Below are positions 42,750-56,444 of a stretch of DNA of 64,000 bases, piece after piece. Source of the stretch: Trichosphaerium sp. ATCC 40318. Its lineage: Eukaryota; Protista; Tubulinea. Every line of letters starts with the position of its first letter. The stretch's first letter is position 1. The stretch is from positions 434,001 through 498,000 of the forward strand of contig JALMLS010000577.1 of NCBI GenBank assembly GCA_038496445.1. Reading direction: 5' to 3'. A model generated the notes under the pieces. That model did no database searches. It had not been told where the DNA came from and saw only the letters and a list, made by a program, of their open reading frames with translations. Made by a program: the position numbers and the translations under genes.

Positions 42750-44540
42750 ATGTTGCGTCTCAATAATAAGTTTTACAGCAGCGTACAAGAGAAATCAGGG
42801 ACAGCATGGAATTTTAGCTCAAAAGGGCTAGACGATGATTCATTACAACAAATATGCGTAGAAATAGCAAAATACGACTATATTGACGTGTTATATCTCA
42901 ATATGAACCATATCACAGCGATTGGTAATTTTTTTTTACCATTTCTTATCACAAAGTGGTTAAAACTTACAATAGGTCTACAACACTTAAGGCCAGTTCT
43001 GGAGGATAATTCTTCCATCACAAAGCTATATCTAAGTCAAACATTTATTGGAGACGAAGGCGCCAAGGTACGAAATCTTCGAAAACGGGAAAAAAAATAG
43101 TGATAAACTACGCCTACGTTGATTCTAAAACCGTGGCCAAAGGTTCTTGCGGAGGTGCTTAAAACAAATAGCACGCTGGAGAGCCTATACCTCCAACACT
43201 GTGGAATAGGTAATGAGGGTCTTGTAGCCATCCTAGAAGCCATTAGATACAATACAACAATTGATGTGATCAGATTTACGCCAAGCAAGGCAACAGCAAA
43301 AGTACACGCTTTTATCGCTCTTTCTTAGTCTAATCATTCCATACAACAGCTTTGTAAAGCAATCCAGGATGAGCTTTTAAAACCAAAGACTCTGAGACAC
43401 GAGACTCGTGCCAAAGCACTTGACGGATCTAAAATGAGATCACGCAGAGTTGTAAAGATAAAAAAGAGACGTAAACCACTAGCAAGTAAACATCAAGTTG
43501 CACTATGCGACATCAACGTTGATGATGCAGAAAATAAAGAAAATATGGGTAACGGGCAATCAAACCTTCAAGCAAAGCTTAAAAGAAGAGATATGGAGAT
43601 AAAGAGGCTTAAACAAGGTATTAAAGGGCTAGATATCACTCTTTATGAGCAAATTAAAAAGTATGAACAAAGAAAAGAAGAGTTTGATGCATATCTTGAA
43701 GAGCACGAGAAATTATGGGAAGAAAGTCAAGAAAAATTTGAAAAAGTGAAGAAATCTTATAAGTGTCTTGAATTGGAGGTTGTAGGTTTGAGAGACAAAA
43801 ACAAAGAGCTATTTCATGATTGCAATAATATGAAGGCACAAATTAGAATAAGTATGGCGGAGCATTGTACGTCGCAAACTGTTAAAACGGTTTTCTTTGA
43901 TTCAGTGAAAAAACGACGCTTTATTTTGTTACAATTTTGAGACGTTCATAAGATTCCGACACTACACGTGATTTTAACTATTTTTAGTGGCTGAGAAGCA
44001 ATGTTTGGTTGAAGAGAAGAACGAACTAAGATCAGCGCTTACTGCGGCAAAAGTAGATTTTGTCAAGCTAAAGAAAGCTAGTCAGGATAAATTAAAACAA
44101 GTTCAAGAAGATGCCAAAAACTCTTCCTTCTGTGACGTAAATAAGTTGACTCTTGATACAATTAAAGAAGCCCAAAAAAGAGTAGAACAGTATCTATCTG
44201 AATTAAATGATAAAAAGGCACGTGTTTATGAACTTACCACACTTGAACGAACATGAAAATAAATAGACCATATGGTTTTTTTTTCAAGGATCTGTTTTGC
44301 TTTTTCTCTTCGCTTGTTCAACAGGATTTGGTACTTACGTTTGTTTAGGTTGATCTTATGATTAGAGATAGAGAATCTAAAAAAGTCTCTTGCTGTATTT
44401 GTATGGACAACAGTATCAAGAGCGTATTCAGACCTTGTGGACATTTCTGTGCTTGTAATGGTTGCATGGAAAAATTGGATAAGTGTCCTCTATGCAATAC
44501 CGCAAAACAGGATATACAACCTGTTTTTTTTTCTAACTGA
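42750..44540 (+). CDS. RNI-like LRR + coiled-coil + C-terminal RING (C3HC4) E3 ligase-like protein
   Basis: SITKLYLSQTFIGDEGAK, TLESLYLQHCGIGNEG; coiled coil; CCICMD...PCGHFCACNGC...CPLC. Confidence 0.85.
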
Positions 44541-44844
44541 ACATGATAATTAGATGAACCTTGTGTACTGAGATGTTAATTGTATTTTAAAACGAATGTT
44601 GTAATAAAAGAGATATATGAAAAAAAACTTCATTTTTACACTCTGGCAAAAAGTCTACTGCTGTTCGAATATTGGTCACGTTTTTTTTCTGATAAATCAC
44701 GTGATAGATTGAATTGATAAGTCCATGTTTTGGACATCTACCACAGGTGTCCTTTACGTAGAAGTACAAGTATGTTTTGTTCAAAAGCAGCCGTAATGTA
44801 TACAGGTAAGCTTAATTTAGGTATGAATTAGATGAAATTAACTA

Positions 44845-44875
44845 TTCAATCACTAGAATGTGATTGAAAAACACA
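44845..44875. promoter_or_regulatory. Spaced palindrome TTCAATCAC-N6-GTGATTGAA upstream of orphan gene copy 1
   Basis: Perfect 9-bp arms; recurs at 57955-57986. Confidence 0.55.
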
Positions 44876-45062
44876 TTCTTATTCTTTAAACTGTACGCAC
44901 ACCAATCTCAATACTTTATAAATACACTAAAATTGCGCTATAGAGTACATCAACCCTAGGAATACGATTAAATAACAAATTGTTGGAGAATATTACACAA
45001 AGCTAGTAAAATCGAAAATAAAGAATCACACAACGCAATTCACATCAAAATAATGCGTAGTC

Positions 45063-45172
45063 GCACATCTAGAATGGAATACTGTTTTAGATCAATAACC
45101 TCAGTGATGGAACTATTGTTGACTTCATGGTGTATAGCTCGTCAACCCTCGTCAACTTCTAAAAATCACAAA
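45063..45172 (+). repeat. 110-nt conserved structured leader, copy 1
   Basis: 108/110 identical to the reverse complement of 57655-57764; contains three stems. Confidence 0.85.
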
Positions 45173-45205
45173 ACAACAGATAAACCACGACGAAAGCATT
45201 ATACA

Positions 45206-47057
45206 ATGAGCAAGCAATCACAAAATGCAGACAATAAAGATACTATCAATAAAAGCAAAGTAAGCTGTAGACACGTGTTCACAATGTTAACTTCTAACGT
45301 TTCTAATAGATCAACCAAAGGCGGCAGGAGCCTCTTGTACGTTACCGAATCATAACTGTGCGGCCGCTCGTTAACAGGTTTTACTAGTTACCAACGGGCC
45401 TACTTCACCCCAACCACCGACAGCCCAGAACGCTCATCAGCAGGGCCAAATTCGAGGTATTGAGTAGCAAATTTTTTATCTCGTCACAGCGGTTAACATA
45501 CTAACGCGCCGAAGTAGGTTTTATCAGTGTGCCCCACACCCTAGCAGTGGTACTTCAAAACTACCTGGCGCTTCGGTTAGCGAAGCAAAAAAACCTCAAA
45601 GAAGTGATAAGCCCGCCGAGGTTCAGGGTGACTTCACCAAGCACAAGGAAGCGCTACAACGACAAAGGCAGCGTGCAGGTTCGTACAACTTTCTGCCTTC
45701 TCCGCGTTCAAACCTCTAACGAGTTTTATGTAGTTATAGCAGCGTACACGAAGAAACCAATGAAGTACGTAGTAGTTTTTTTTGATTGATTGAAAGTTGT
45801 TTCAAAACTAGTGCTGATATTTGTTTACAAGACCACGTCATGGCGACACTTTAAAAAAGGAGGTGTTTAATTCCGCGTGCTTAGAGGTCTGCGACAGACT
45901 ACTCGAGATAAAGCTCAAGGGTTACGGGAACTACCAATGGACGGGTAGTATAGACGATAATACTCGTTCTATAGTTAGTTGGGCTAAGTTCCTTCATAAT
46001 GAATACAATATCAAGGCATTCTGTGCCTTGTCAGACATATACCCTACTGCCCTGCCCGCTTGCTGGCAGGGCAGTCTAACCGAAAATCAAGTTCTCCGTT
46101 TCCAACAATTGCTCCGAAGGCTTAATGATTCTTGGGACGTCACAGCGTTCAACTTTAGCGTACCTCCAAGAGAGATTAAGTACGATTTTAAGTACAGGAC
46201 ATTCCTGCAAACGGGAGTAAGATACGCCTATGAGGTAATTAGACTTCTGGGCTTCAACTTAACAGTTCAGTTCGAAAAAGCGATGTTGGGTGTAGCATTG
46301 ACGAAAATCCCCGCGCTGTTACCTGTTGGACTAAGTTCCTCCACAAAGACTATGATATAAACGCGTTCTGTAATTTGTCAAGCCTCACCGAGGGAGACAA
46401 AGTATTGCGTTTACAGCGCTTGCTACGAAGGCTTAGAGATTTCTGGGAAGTTTCAACTTTCAATCTTAGCAAGCCTCCAAGAGCTATTAGTTATCACTTT
46501 GACATCAACACCTACCTTGAAACAGGTATTCGATACACTTGTGAGCTTATTCAGGTTCTTGGTTTCGACGTAACCTTCGATTTAAAAAAAGGAATGTCCA
46601 GTATGTTTTTTTCCTTTTTTTTTTGTGGCTATTCGTTTTTAGACCCTTCACGAGGTCACGTGCTTATATTTTTCTAAGACATACTGAATATATGTGTTCA
46701 TGAAATGAATGCAATGGGCGGTGTTCAACTTGAACTCGACTCAAGAAAGAAAACAGACAAAAACAAATCTAAAAGTAAATTAGTCGGCACCACTATTAAG
46801 GAGAATAAGGCGATGCAAAAAACTAATATTGCGTACTTCAAAGCGATACAGTATTAGAAAACACGCTCAAAGAGCAGGAGAGGCAAATCGTAAAGCAAAA
46901 AGACAAAGATACAATCCGACAACTTCAGCGAAAAATTGCTTCCCTCCGTGCTCAGAATAAGAATTTGCAGGCTCAGTGCAGTAGTAAAAGAAAGCTAGAA
47001 GATACTTGTGTGTCAGAACAACCGCTGAAGAAACTTAAACTCACTAAGCCTGAGTGA
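45206..47057 (+). CDS. Orphan family copy 1, with an internally duplicated ~100-aa domain and a C-terminal coiled coil/NLS; frameshift near 46290
   Basis: GSIDDNTRSIVSWAKFLH...GVRYAYEVIRLLG is repeated as CSIDENPRAVTCWTKFLH...GIRYTCELIQVLG; 5' exons uncertain. Confidence 0.6.
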
Positions 47058-47504
47058 TTGCTTGTTTACCTTATCTTCAGTATGCAATAAACACTTTGCA
47101 TCATTTTCAATCGATATGTTTCGCCATGCTCTACTACTACCAAGATCCTCCCGTACTTCTTTTCGCACCAAAGGTTTTGCTTCATGTGTTTTATAGATTT
47201 TGGGACGGCGAAAGCTATAACGGACCCTTAAACTTTGAACTAAAACAGCAAAAATTGTTTTGTTTTGTTTACACCCAGCAATTGCTTTAGTGACATCTCA
47301 ATTGTAAGTACCATGCAACCAAACTCAAAACTCAGGTATAGCTTGACTACAACTCAACATGTTGGATATACGGAGCAGGTAGCCCTACTGTATTGCTATG
47401 CTCAACAAACAACAGTTGAAAAATGAGTAAACAAAAAACCGACCTTGTAGTACAAAACAGGCACGTGGTTAAGTTACAATTTTTGGTTTGCATAACCTTC
47501 ACAA

Positions 47505-49467
47505 ATGGATATTGATTACATAAGATCACAGTTTCCAGCGTTTAAGTACCACAAGGATGCTATTTTAATGGATAATGCTGGCGGTAGCCAAATTTGCCAG
47601 CCAGTACACTAAAACAACCAACTATAATAGATTCCTGACTATTTAAGGCCATAGACCGCGTCAATAAGTACTTTATAGAATCAAACGTACAAATACAAGG
47701 TCCTTACGCTGTATCTCGTGATTCTACGTCACGTGTCGATGAGGTAACCAACAAGTGAGTGTAAAAGTGTTAACTTGGTTTTTTTGGTCTATAGGGCAAA
47801 GCCGCTGCTGCTGTGTTTGTTAACGCTAAACCTGAAGAGATAACGCTTGGTATATTGTAGTGTCAAGTTACTTTGGTTGACACAATGCCATAGGGTCTTC
47901 TACAACGCAATTGTTTATGAATTTAGCCACTGCTATGGAGCCACTATTTGAAGGAGAGTTGGGAAAAGTAAGTTTTTTTTTTTCATTTCGCTCTTTTGAC
48001 ACGTGGGTAGGATGGCGAAGTAATTGTTACGAATTTTGACCACGAGACTAATGTTACGTACTGGCGAAGATTGGCAAAGCGGTGTATGAAAAGCTACCAG
48101 ACGCTGAGACTTTTTCTTTTTTGTGTAGAAAATTTTTCCATTTGTATTTACTTTGTTTAGGTGGTATGACTGTCAAGGAATGGCAAGTGAACAAGACTAA
48201 AATGAGAGCGGATAAAAGTGACCTCATAGAATTGGTAAATGACAATACAAAGTTAATAACGTTTGCACATTGTAGTAATATATTAGGTAAACACTTTTTT
48301 TTTTCTTTCGAAAGTCTTACCTTTTTGCTAAACATTTGCTAGGTGAAATAAACAACGTCAAAGATATTGTTGCATCAATTAGAAAGAAGAACCCTAGCAC
48401 ATTGGTTGTAGTTGATGGTGTAGCATATGCTCCTCATAGGTAATCAGTACTAATTCTTTTAAATCGAAAGCATTTTATTTTTCACATCTTCGAAAGGCTC
48501 ATTGATGTTGTCGATATGGATGTTGACTTTTACGGGTTTTCGTTCTATAAAGTATATGGTATGTATATCTGAAGTTTCATATCGCCAAATTCACTTCTAT
48601 TAACAATACCAGGTCCACACGTTTCGCTACTTTACGGAAAAAAGAAAAATATTGATTCTCTTGGAAATATTTATCATTACTTTCACGGTATGCCAAAACA
48701 CGTGATAATACCTTCTGTTGATGTAAAAAATCTGCATAGCTGGTAAAGGAACAGTGTCAATCCAACCAGGAAACGTTAACTATGAGCTAACATACTCAAT
48801 AATTGGCATTGTGGAGTACTTTGTTGCTACTGCAAAGAAGTGTACGACTGAGATCCTCAAGATAATCCAGCGCGTTTTAAAATGTGTGGTTAATTTATAT
48901 ATAGTCGGATACGTTGGTGCCTCAAAAAGGGATGCAATCGCGTTTGCATTTAATGTTTTTAGCGAACATGAAGAAAAACTAGCAAAGACTTTGATGGGTA
49001 TTTTTTACACTAACTACTAGCTCGTGTACAATTATATTAAATTAATTGATGATAGATTTCTTAACGTCTCAATCTACAGTACATGTCGTCGGGTTGACTG
49101 ACACGTGTCGAAAAGTAAGTGGGCCAAAAATAGATCTTTTATTTTGTTTTATTGTTAAAAATCACGTTTTTCTCGAGAGTTTGGCTGATAAACTCTCAAG
49201 GTTAGAGTGCCTACTATAGCATTCTACGTTGATGGTGTAGTTAATCCAAGAGATATTGCTAATGCGCTGGATAAGAAGAATATTGGTACAGAACATCACG
49301 AGACGCTATTAAACTCATTTATTTTAAGGTATAAACGGTGGTAATTTCTATGCTCCTAGGCTTCTCAAGTTTTTGGGTATTCCTGATATTGTTCGTATTT
49401 CTATGGTACATTACAATACTCCAGAGGAGATAAACAGGGTAATAGAATGCCTCAAAGAACAAATATA
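47505..49467 (+). CDS. Class V PLP aminotransferase, cysteine-desulfurase-like (VC1184/TIGR01976 type)
   Basis: IRSQFPAF, MDNAGGSQ, GSSTTQL, DHETNV, HCSNILG, VDGVAYAPH, SFYKVYGPH, QPGNVNYE, GNFYA, RISMVHYNT. Confidence 0.88.
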
Positions 49468-50117
49468 ATCGCTAAAGACAAGCATAAATGAAATAAAGTC
49501 AATCAATTCGTATTAAATACCAGTTAAAGAGAAAAATGTCAAAATTACTCGACACGTTTAAGTTAGAAATCACGTGCCTTAAAGCCATTGTTTTTTCTTC
49601 TTAGGGACTAAAGAAGCACCAAAGGGAGGTATAGATATGTACAACGCATGTGTAGGTCGTACATCCATCATGCATCAGCAGTAGGGAACAATTCTTGTAC
49701 GTACCACAGATGGTTTTCCCTCAATCATTCAAACGTTCTCATCACGTGTTAGCGAATGAACTATGCAAGAGAGTAAATAGCAATGGTAGGAAAATAGCTT
49801 TTGAAACGCGTCATTTAATTAATTGTTCCAACTCACATCGCTAAATGACGTAGGTGTCGATTTTATTCAAGGAGCGTAAGAATTTTTTTTGAAAATATCT
49901 TCCGACCAAGCGAACTCGCGGACTCTAGATATTTCCGTTACACTCCTACGATTACTGAGGCAATGGAGCACGCGTGAGACATGTTAATTTAGCGCATGAA
50001 AGTGAAAGAAGGTAATTTTTGTTTTAATGAATACAATTGGTTTTACAAGTACAAGCACGTGATTAATAGTAATTTACTCCTTAGTGGATTCAAGGAATGT
50101 TAAAGTTTGGCCAAGTA

Positions 50118-50940
50118 TTACCGTCCAGTCATTTTTTCGAAAAGGTGCGCTATAGCCGTTTCTGTATCGCCTTCTTCAACATGAAGTCCCATTAGTGACT
50201 TTACCTGAATAGAAGAGTAAGTTACTGAGATACAAAGGCGAAAATCCTTGTTTTGTTTTTTTTTGTAAATTATCGTTTTAATTAGTTTTATCAAGAGGTA
50301 AAAATCTCTTTCTAACTTACATCTCGTAGTTCTCTACCGAGTGGATCAATTATTTGCTCCTTACTTAGATCAGGAGCCGCAAAATTAGTGAAACACTTAT
50401 AACGAAGTCTCTCTATCTCACACTTGATGAATCTGTTGAACATATCGACAATCTAGAAACAAAGGAAAAGTTAGCAAAAAAAAAAACAAAAAAAATTCAG
50501 TTTGATGATCGGGTATCTCGGTATCTGATGTCAGATATTGAGAAGAAAGGATTAAAATCGCGCGTACCTGATCATCAAATACAGCCATGCGATGATTTAA
50601 TTCTTCACTTGGTCCATTGGCTACTATCTGAACGAATATATCAAACGATTGTGCCAGAGCGTTTCTATAACAGACGTGTTAATGTTGTTTGGCTTAAAAT
50701 ATTCAAAAGGGTAAGCGCTTACTTCATTTTTTGTATACACACGTGCGATCTCTCTTCGTACTCTCTTGATCTACTATATCGTATGTTTCGTTTATTTCTG
50801 TTGTTTAAAGGGTATGTAAACACTTTCGGAGATTTATGATTTGTAGATTCCATGGTAAACGCCGAAGAACCTTCTCTAGCTTGTCTATCTGTTCTATAAG
50901 ACCTTTTACAAAAGCACTTGTTGATGTGCTGCAAAAAGAG
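50118..50940 (-). CDS. Hypothetical multi-exon protein; 5' end unresolved
   Basis: In-frame splicing of exons ...IQKMK|NALAQSF...FDDQ|IVDMF...ELRD|VKSLMG...MTGR* through canonical introns. Confidence 0.5.
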
Positions 50941-53339
50941 TCTTTCGGCATTGGTAACGCGAAGAGTGTTAATATCATTCATTATTGTTGTAATATGTTA
51001 TCGTTAGCAGGTGTGATTAACTTGCTATTGTTGTAGATTGCAATTTATAAAAAAAACAAAAAACAAAAAAAAATAAAGTGAACAGAAAACGCAAAAAGTT
51101 TTTCTCCTTTTTTTTTTTCTCGTCAAAAATGCGTTCTTTGCGACTCTTAGAGTATTTGTAGATAGTTATTACGGCCCCACCATGTGATTCAGTGTAGTTA
51201 CATAGTATTATGTGTACAAACGCGCTAAATATCGTGACGTCCGTGTAATTGAAGAAAGAGAATAAAAACGGAAAAAAACGAACCATAACTGCATAATTTT
51301 TCCAACTTGCGTGGCGGAGTTTAATATAAAAAGCTAACTAGCGCTTTAATATACTTATCTTGTATATAATAAATGGGTTTCTGTTATTCCGAGGTGAGAT
51401 GAACGAAAGATATTTATTACCATAATGAAAAAGTAGTGTTTTCCGAAGTAGGTTAAAAAAGAAGCTTACAAAGCACGTTTTTATCTCCGAACACGTTGTG
51501 TACCTCATTCTTGAATGGGCTATCAATTGGTTCTTCGTTATTAGCTCAACCGGAGCAACTTTTGCTAGTGTCAGTGTGTTGATAGAGGTAAATACTGCAA
51601 ACGCGTTTCTCTAGTATTTTCGGCTTTTTTTTGTTTTTGTGACAATGGCCCGATGATACAAAATGTGCGTTTGCGACCCACACGGACTGTTTAATAGCCC
51701 CTTTTTCGCTGTTTTTTTTGTATGTATACATGCTGGTTCTTTAAACTCAACCGAAGGTATAGGTAGACTGTATTGGGCGCTGTTTGCGAGAGACAGTCAG
51801 CACATCCTAATTTTAGGTTAAATATTCTCAGACGCTCCTCTACTGTTTCATAGACATCACGTGATTACTGTTTAAAACCGTCCCTAAAAAAAGGGGTAGT
51901 GTACACAAGATTCGGGCACATTTTGGGAAACGCCAAGCGTAAGAAACGAAACATTGTGGGACTTTTTTTAAAACATCTTTTGGGTTGTTTATAGAACTTT
52001 CCCAATATGCTTTTGCTTTTTAAAGCGTTGAGGAAGATTATATTTATCTTACGCACCTCCTTTCACTTCAACAAGGCCAAAAGATGAAGCGACACAAAGG
52101 AGAGACAAGAATGCCTGATTCGAATTAAGCATTGTACTGTTCGCTCACTTCGGTCGCAAATACTGTATCAAATCCACTTTCTCTGCGTAAATATACCCGC
52201 GACGGTTCAGGCAAGCACATGGCCACGCCATTCAAACCGTTTAGACGCGTATTCTAGACTCTCCTTCTGCGACAAACCGGTAATAAAGGGCGTTTATGCT
52301 CCTTAGTACTAAGCATAGCAAACTAGAGATTTCGTACCCTTTTATACGCTTTTGACGTAGCTCATTGCTAATCTTGGTTTCACACGTACAATTTCTAGCC
52401 TGTTAATACGTTTACGCCCCATGGTCAAGATGAAAGGCCACTTTGGTAAATCACGTGGTACTTGAGGAAAATTTCAAGCGTTTTTCTGGGCTGTAAATAT
52501 GGAAGGATTTAATAGTAGCAAACAAAACCATCTTCTAACCTGAAATCTGTTTTTCCTTCAAATACCTTTGCAATTCAAACGAGATTCCTTATTAGAATAA
52601 ATCTGCTGAGGCTACGGTAGACTCATCAAAGATTGCACACTTTCCTCTGAAAACGGCCGCCGGCGTCCCTTATGTTGACATGTTGTCCAATCTTACACAA
52701 CAACATTTGAAAGCGGTTGTCAATTGATAAAAAGTAATCGATACAAGCTTAAACTATTTGTACTGTTCATTGAAATTAATGCAAGTTATCCTTGATCGCT
52801 CCTTATGCATATTCAGCATCAAAACAAATGTCTGAAATACGAACAACTGACATTGTCTGTACACAAACTCAAATTTATAATTTGTTTATTTGCTACAATA
52901 TTCTATGCATTTCATAGTACTTCACTCCCAGTCATCCATTTTGTGATTTTCGGCTTGAGGAGTTTGTTGATTTATTGGCTGAATCTGGTGCTTTTGTTCC
53001 CCTACTTGCTTGGACACGTCGTTTGTTGTATCTTCTAAATTCTTTTCTTCAAGTTGCTTTTTTTTTATTCTGACAGATTTTTCCGATCTTGATCATTAGT
53101 CCCGTTGCTAATATGTTTCGAACTTTATCACTTGGAAAATCAATAACACCGTTCCTGATCGTGCTGTTGGAGAAGCTCATGGTGACAAGCAAGTTTAGTT
53201 TGATCGTTTTGAACGCTTTATTAGTTTAGATGTCTTACACTAGCTACAACGAACTTATTTTCACTAGGCAATTCTTTTGCTCCTAACATTACCTTGCTTA
53301 TCAATCTCTTATTTGAAGGAATGAAATAAGTTTATTATG

Positions 53340-54830
53340 TTATGCGATAACAAGACAACAGACCAACACAATAAGTGTTATGATGCGTTTAACAGAGGAT
53401 GAAGGCACTGTTGGTTCAGTCGGAGCTGTAGGAGGTGCAGTTGTGGTACCAGAGTCAGTTGGGCTTACAGTTGGAGCATCGGCAGGTGGTGAAAACGTCA
53501 CCTTCTCTATTTGGTAAGGATTTACACCTGGTTGGAAAAAATATGAATTTAGGGCATATACATCGTTTCCACGTGGAACACAGCCAGTCACAAATCCTTC
53601 TGTAGTGCAGTTAGTATAAAACATTTTTCGAGTGTGTAGCATATCGTACGGACTGTTGAGTTGTAAATGCCTGTAACAGTCATAGTCATGAAATCATCCG
53701 TTGTCTCCATCAAGTACAACACATTGTTTCTTCCAACGCCGACTAATCCACCTACCGTTAATATTAGCAACCAATGGCCAAGTATTTTGGACAGCGTACC
53801 AGTAACAGGGTCTTGACATAAACCATCAAAACCAAACGCTGGAGCGCCGTTCCACTGAATTCGGGTGATATCATTTGTGTCCGTAAGTGACACTCTGTAG
53901 AACTCTCCGGCAACACCAAGAGGATGCGTTTTAGTAAGTACCAAGGTATCTCCAAATATCTTGATGCCAGTAGGGCCAAGACCGAATACATTATCATCAC
54001 CTTAACAATGTTGAATATAAGATTCACAAAGACAAGAAGTACATACCTGCAAATTCTACTGGTCGTTCAATAGTGGTTACTTCAAATGTTGTTGCTGCAA
54101 TCTTCCATAACTTTGCACCAAAAGAATCGCTGGCATAAACATCACCAGTAGCATCATAGATACCTATGATATTCTTAGCTAGCTGTGCATCACTCAGAAT
54201 ACTTACGGAGATCTTCACAAAGGGTCCTGGTGTTGTTTCCTCCCAAGTTAATTAGGTTCAAGAAAGTACCCGTGGAGAGCTCCCAAACGCCAACCTGATA
54301 TAAGTTACTCTTAAAGTCATTACATTATACGTACAAAAGCTGGTCCTTCGACAGTAGCATCTAGAATAGCATTTGGAGGAGATACGCAAGCAAAGACACG
54401 CTACAAATAGTCAGTTTTTAAACTCGAAACTGTATTGTACATCAAGAGATTCACTTAGATCTAATCCGTAAATGTTGTAAGGAAGTAGTTGCGGAGAAAA
54501 ACCAAATTGTGTTGTAGTTCTGAAAACAGTATTAGAACTACGAGTGTCTTCTTACTTGTACCCATCATCTTGAACGGAATATAAGCTTCCATTCACTTGC
54601 GAAGATAGAAGAAAGTTTGTAGTGCTTGACTAAAGAGAATATGAGACCTTACTGGGAAGGTTCAAGGGTACCCAAACAATATCTTCTGGTTGAATACCAG
54701 TAGCATCTGCATTTATTCTACGTAATAGTTAGTCACGTGTTGAAAGATGTTCAAGAAAGATGTACATCTGGCACGAAATTGTAGTGACAAAGGCTACCAA
54801 GGCAAATAGAACGAGCTGTTGTGGTGACAT
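53340..54830 (-). CDS. Secreted beta-propeller (SMP-30/gluconolactonase-like) protein with PT stalk and GPI-like tail
   Basis: Signal peptide MSPQQLVLFALVAFVTT; GIQPEDIVW, GDVYASDSFG, LGPTGI, FGFDGL; C-terminus RIITLIVLVCCLVIA. Confidence 0.7.
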
Positions 54831-56110
54831 TTTATTGCTTATAGTAATGGCTAGTGTAATAGTGTAAATACAGGATTGCGGATATGATTGTGATTCAATG
54901 CGGCGCTTATTTGTCCGCAAACGCAAGTTCATTTTCGTGTTGAACGAAGAACGCAAGTAAAACAGAGCACCATCATTACATCTGCGTTGTGTATTGCCTG
55001 TTGGCTTGCGTGATAATTGGGAATTTTTTGGCGAAACTCGGAGAACTAGCGAAGGCAATGGTCCAGCGCTTAACAGATCTTAAAGAATTTCAACAACAAA
55101 ATTGTATGTCAACTTTGTTTTTCCGCATGCAGCTAGAACTATCACCTTATGACTAAGAACATATAACCAAACAACAATACAGTCTCTTTTTTGGCCGCCA
55201 TTCAGCTTGTCAAACCAACGATTACGTGGCACTTTGTGATCTTCACAATTATGATGGAATCCGTAGCAACTACCCTTTCGTGCCTGAAGTAATGTACAGT
55301 GTAAAGCGGACAATTTGTGGGTAAATATCCTCCTTCCGCTAACCACAAAAAATTGTCACCGAAGAAACTTTAGTCGCTCAGATTTAAGGCCTTCTAGTCG
55401 TAGTTTTCAACTTTAAAGTATTCACATTGTTTTGGTAGCTAGATTTGACCCAATGATGTTACTCTATCATTAAGGTGAGTGTACCTTGGTACAATACTGC
55501 TAAATACTATTGCAAATTATTTGTTCACATTGAAAGGCAATTCGTGCAATACTTCTCACCTTCCTATTAACTTACAAAGTACAAATACAATCAATCCCAA
55601 AAAATAAACCCACGTGATTAGTAGCGAAATCGTCGCTCAAAACGCAATAGTATCGTAGTTAGAGACCAAACAATGAAGGTGTGGTCGCAAATCACGCTTT
55701 AAATAAGCATACAGTCATAATAAGTCTGGCGCCTGTTGTGATAAAGCTCTTTTGGTTTATGTGGTTGTAACCCCTTCGAGAATTTAATCGTAAGCAATAT
55801 AAGCGGCGCTAGTGCTTGGGATTAATAAGAAGTAGTTTTTACAATGGGATAGTGTAGGATACTTCAGACAGGGTTAACAAAGAAGAAAAGAGTCTAGAAA
55901 TAGGAAGAAAATTAACTAAATGCTAGAGTGTTTGTACGGACGCTTCGATCGTAACTACTACGTGTAAGTGCTGTTAGAGCGGTTCTTATTAAAAAAATTA
56001 ACCAACAATTTAGTCAGAGCGTGCTCTTTCGAACTCTTGGATACAATGGCGTTCTCCCATGAAGCAGAAATATTTAGTACAGAGTGGCGCTGATCAGTTC
56101 TTTTAAAGGG

Positions 56111-56175
56111 AGTAACTTAGCGCTTGCTACTTTGAAAAAACTCTTATTATTTAAAGTAGCAAGTGCAAAGTTACT
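56111..56175 (+). repeat. 26-bp-arm intergenic hairpin
   Basis: agtaacttagcgcttgctactttgaa / tttaaagtagcaagtgcaaagttact: 23 Watson-Crick pairs, 2 G-U pairs and 1 mismatch on the + strand. Confidence 0.8.
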
Positions 56176-56444
56176 GAAAAACAAGAAACAAAGTATTACA
56201 CGTGTTAGATTTCATGAGGTTTGTTCATCCATCTGCTCATACAGCTTATAAATACTACAGATAAACAGTTTATAGCAATAAAGTTGAATTCCGAAAAGCA
56301 TATTGAGGCGGTTAACAATGTCTCAGAAGAATTTACTACAACAGTTTTTTATTTTCTTTTTTTCATAAAAAGATTTTTACCTCAGCTAAACTAAAGGAGA
56401 GGCAAGTCGCCATAGGTTTAGCATTTGAAGAATTCATGTCAACT

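Noticed and set aside
43289-43349. Additional GC donor (AAG|gcaaca)
   Set aside because: An in-frame GT donor (AAA|gtacac) is available 12 nt downstream
45093-45118. Iron-responsive element (CAGUGA loop)
   Set aside because: It lacks the 5-bp upper stem and bulged-C geometry
52900-53180. Short minus-strand ORF broken at a 9-A run
   Set aside because: No recognisable domain; cannot tell a gene from noise
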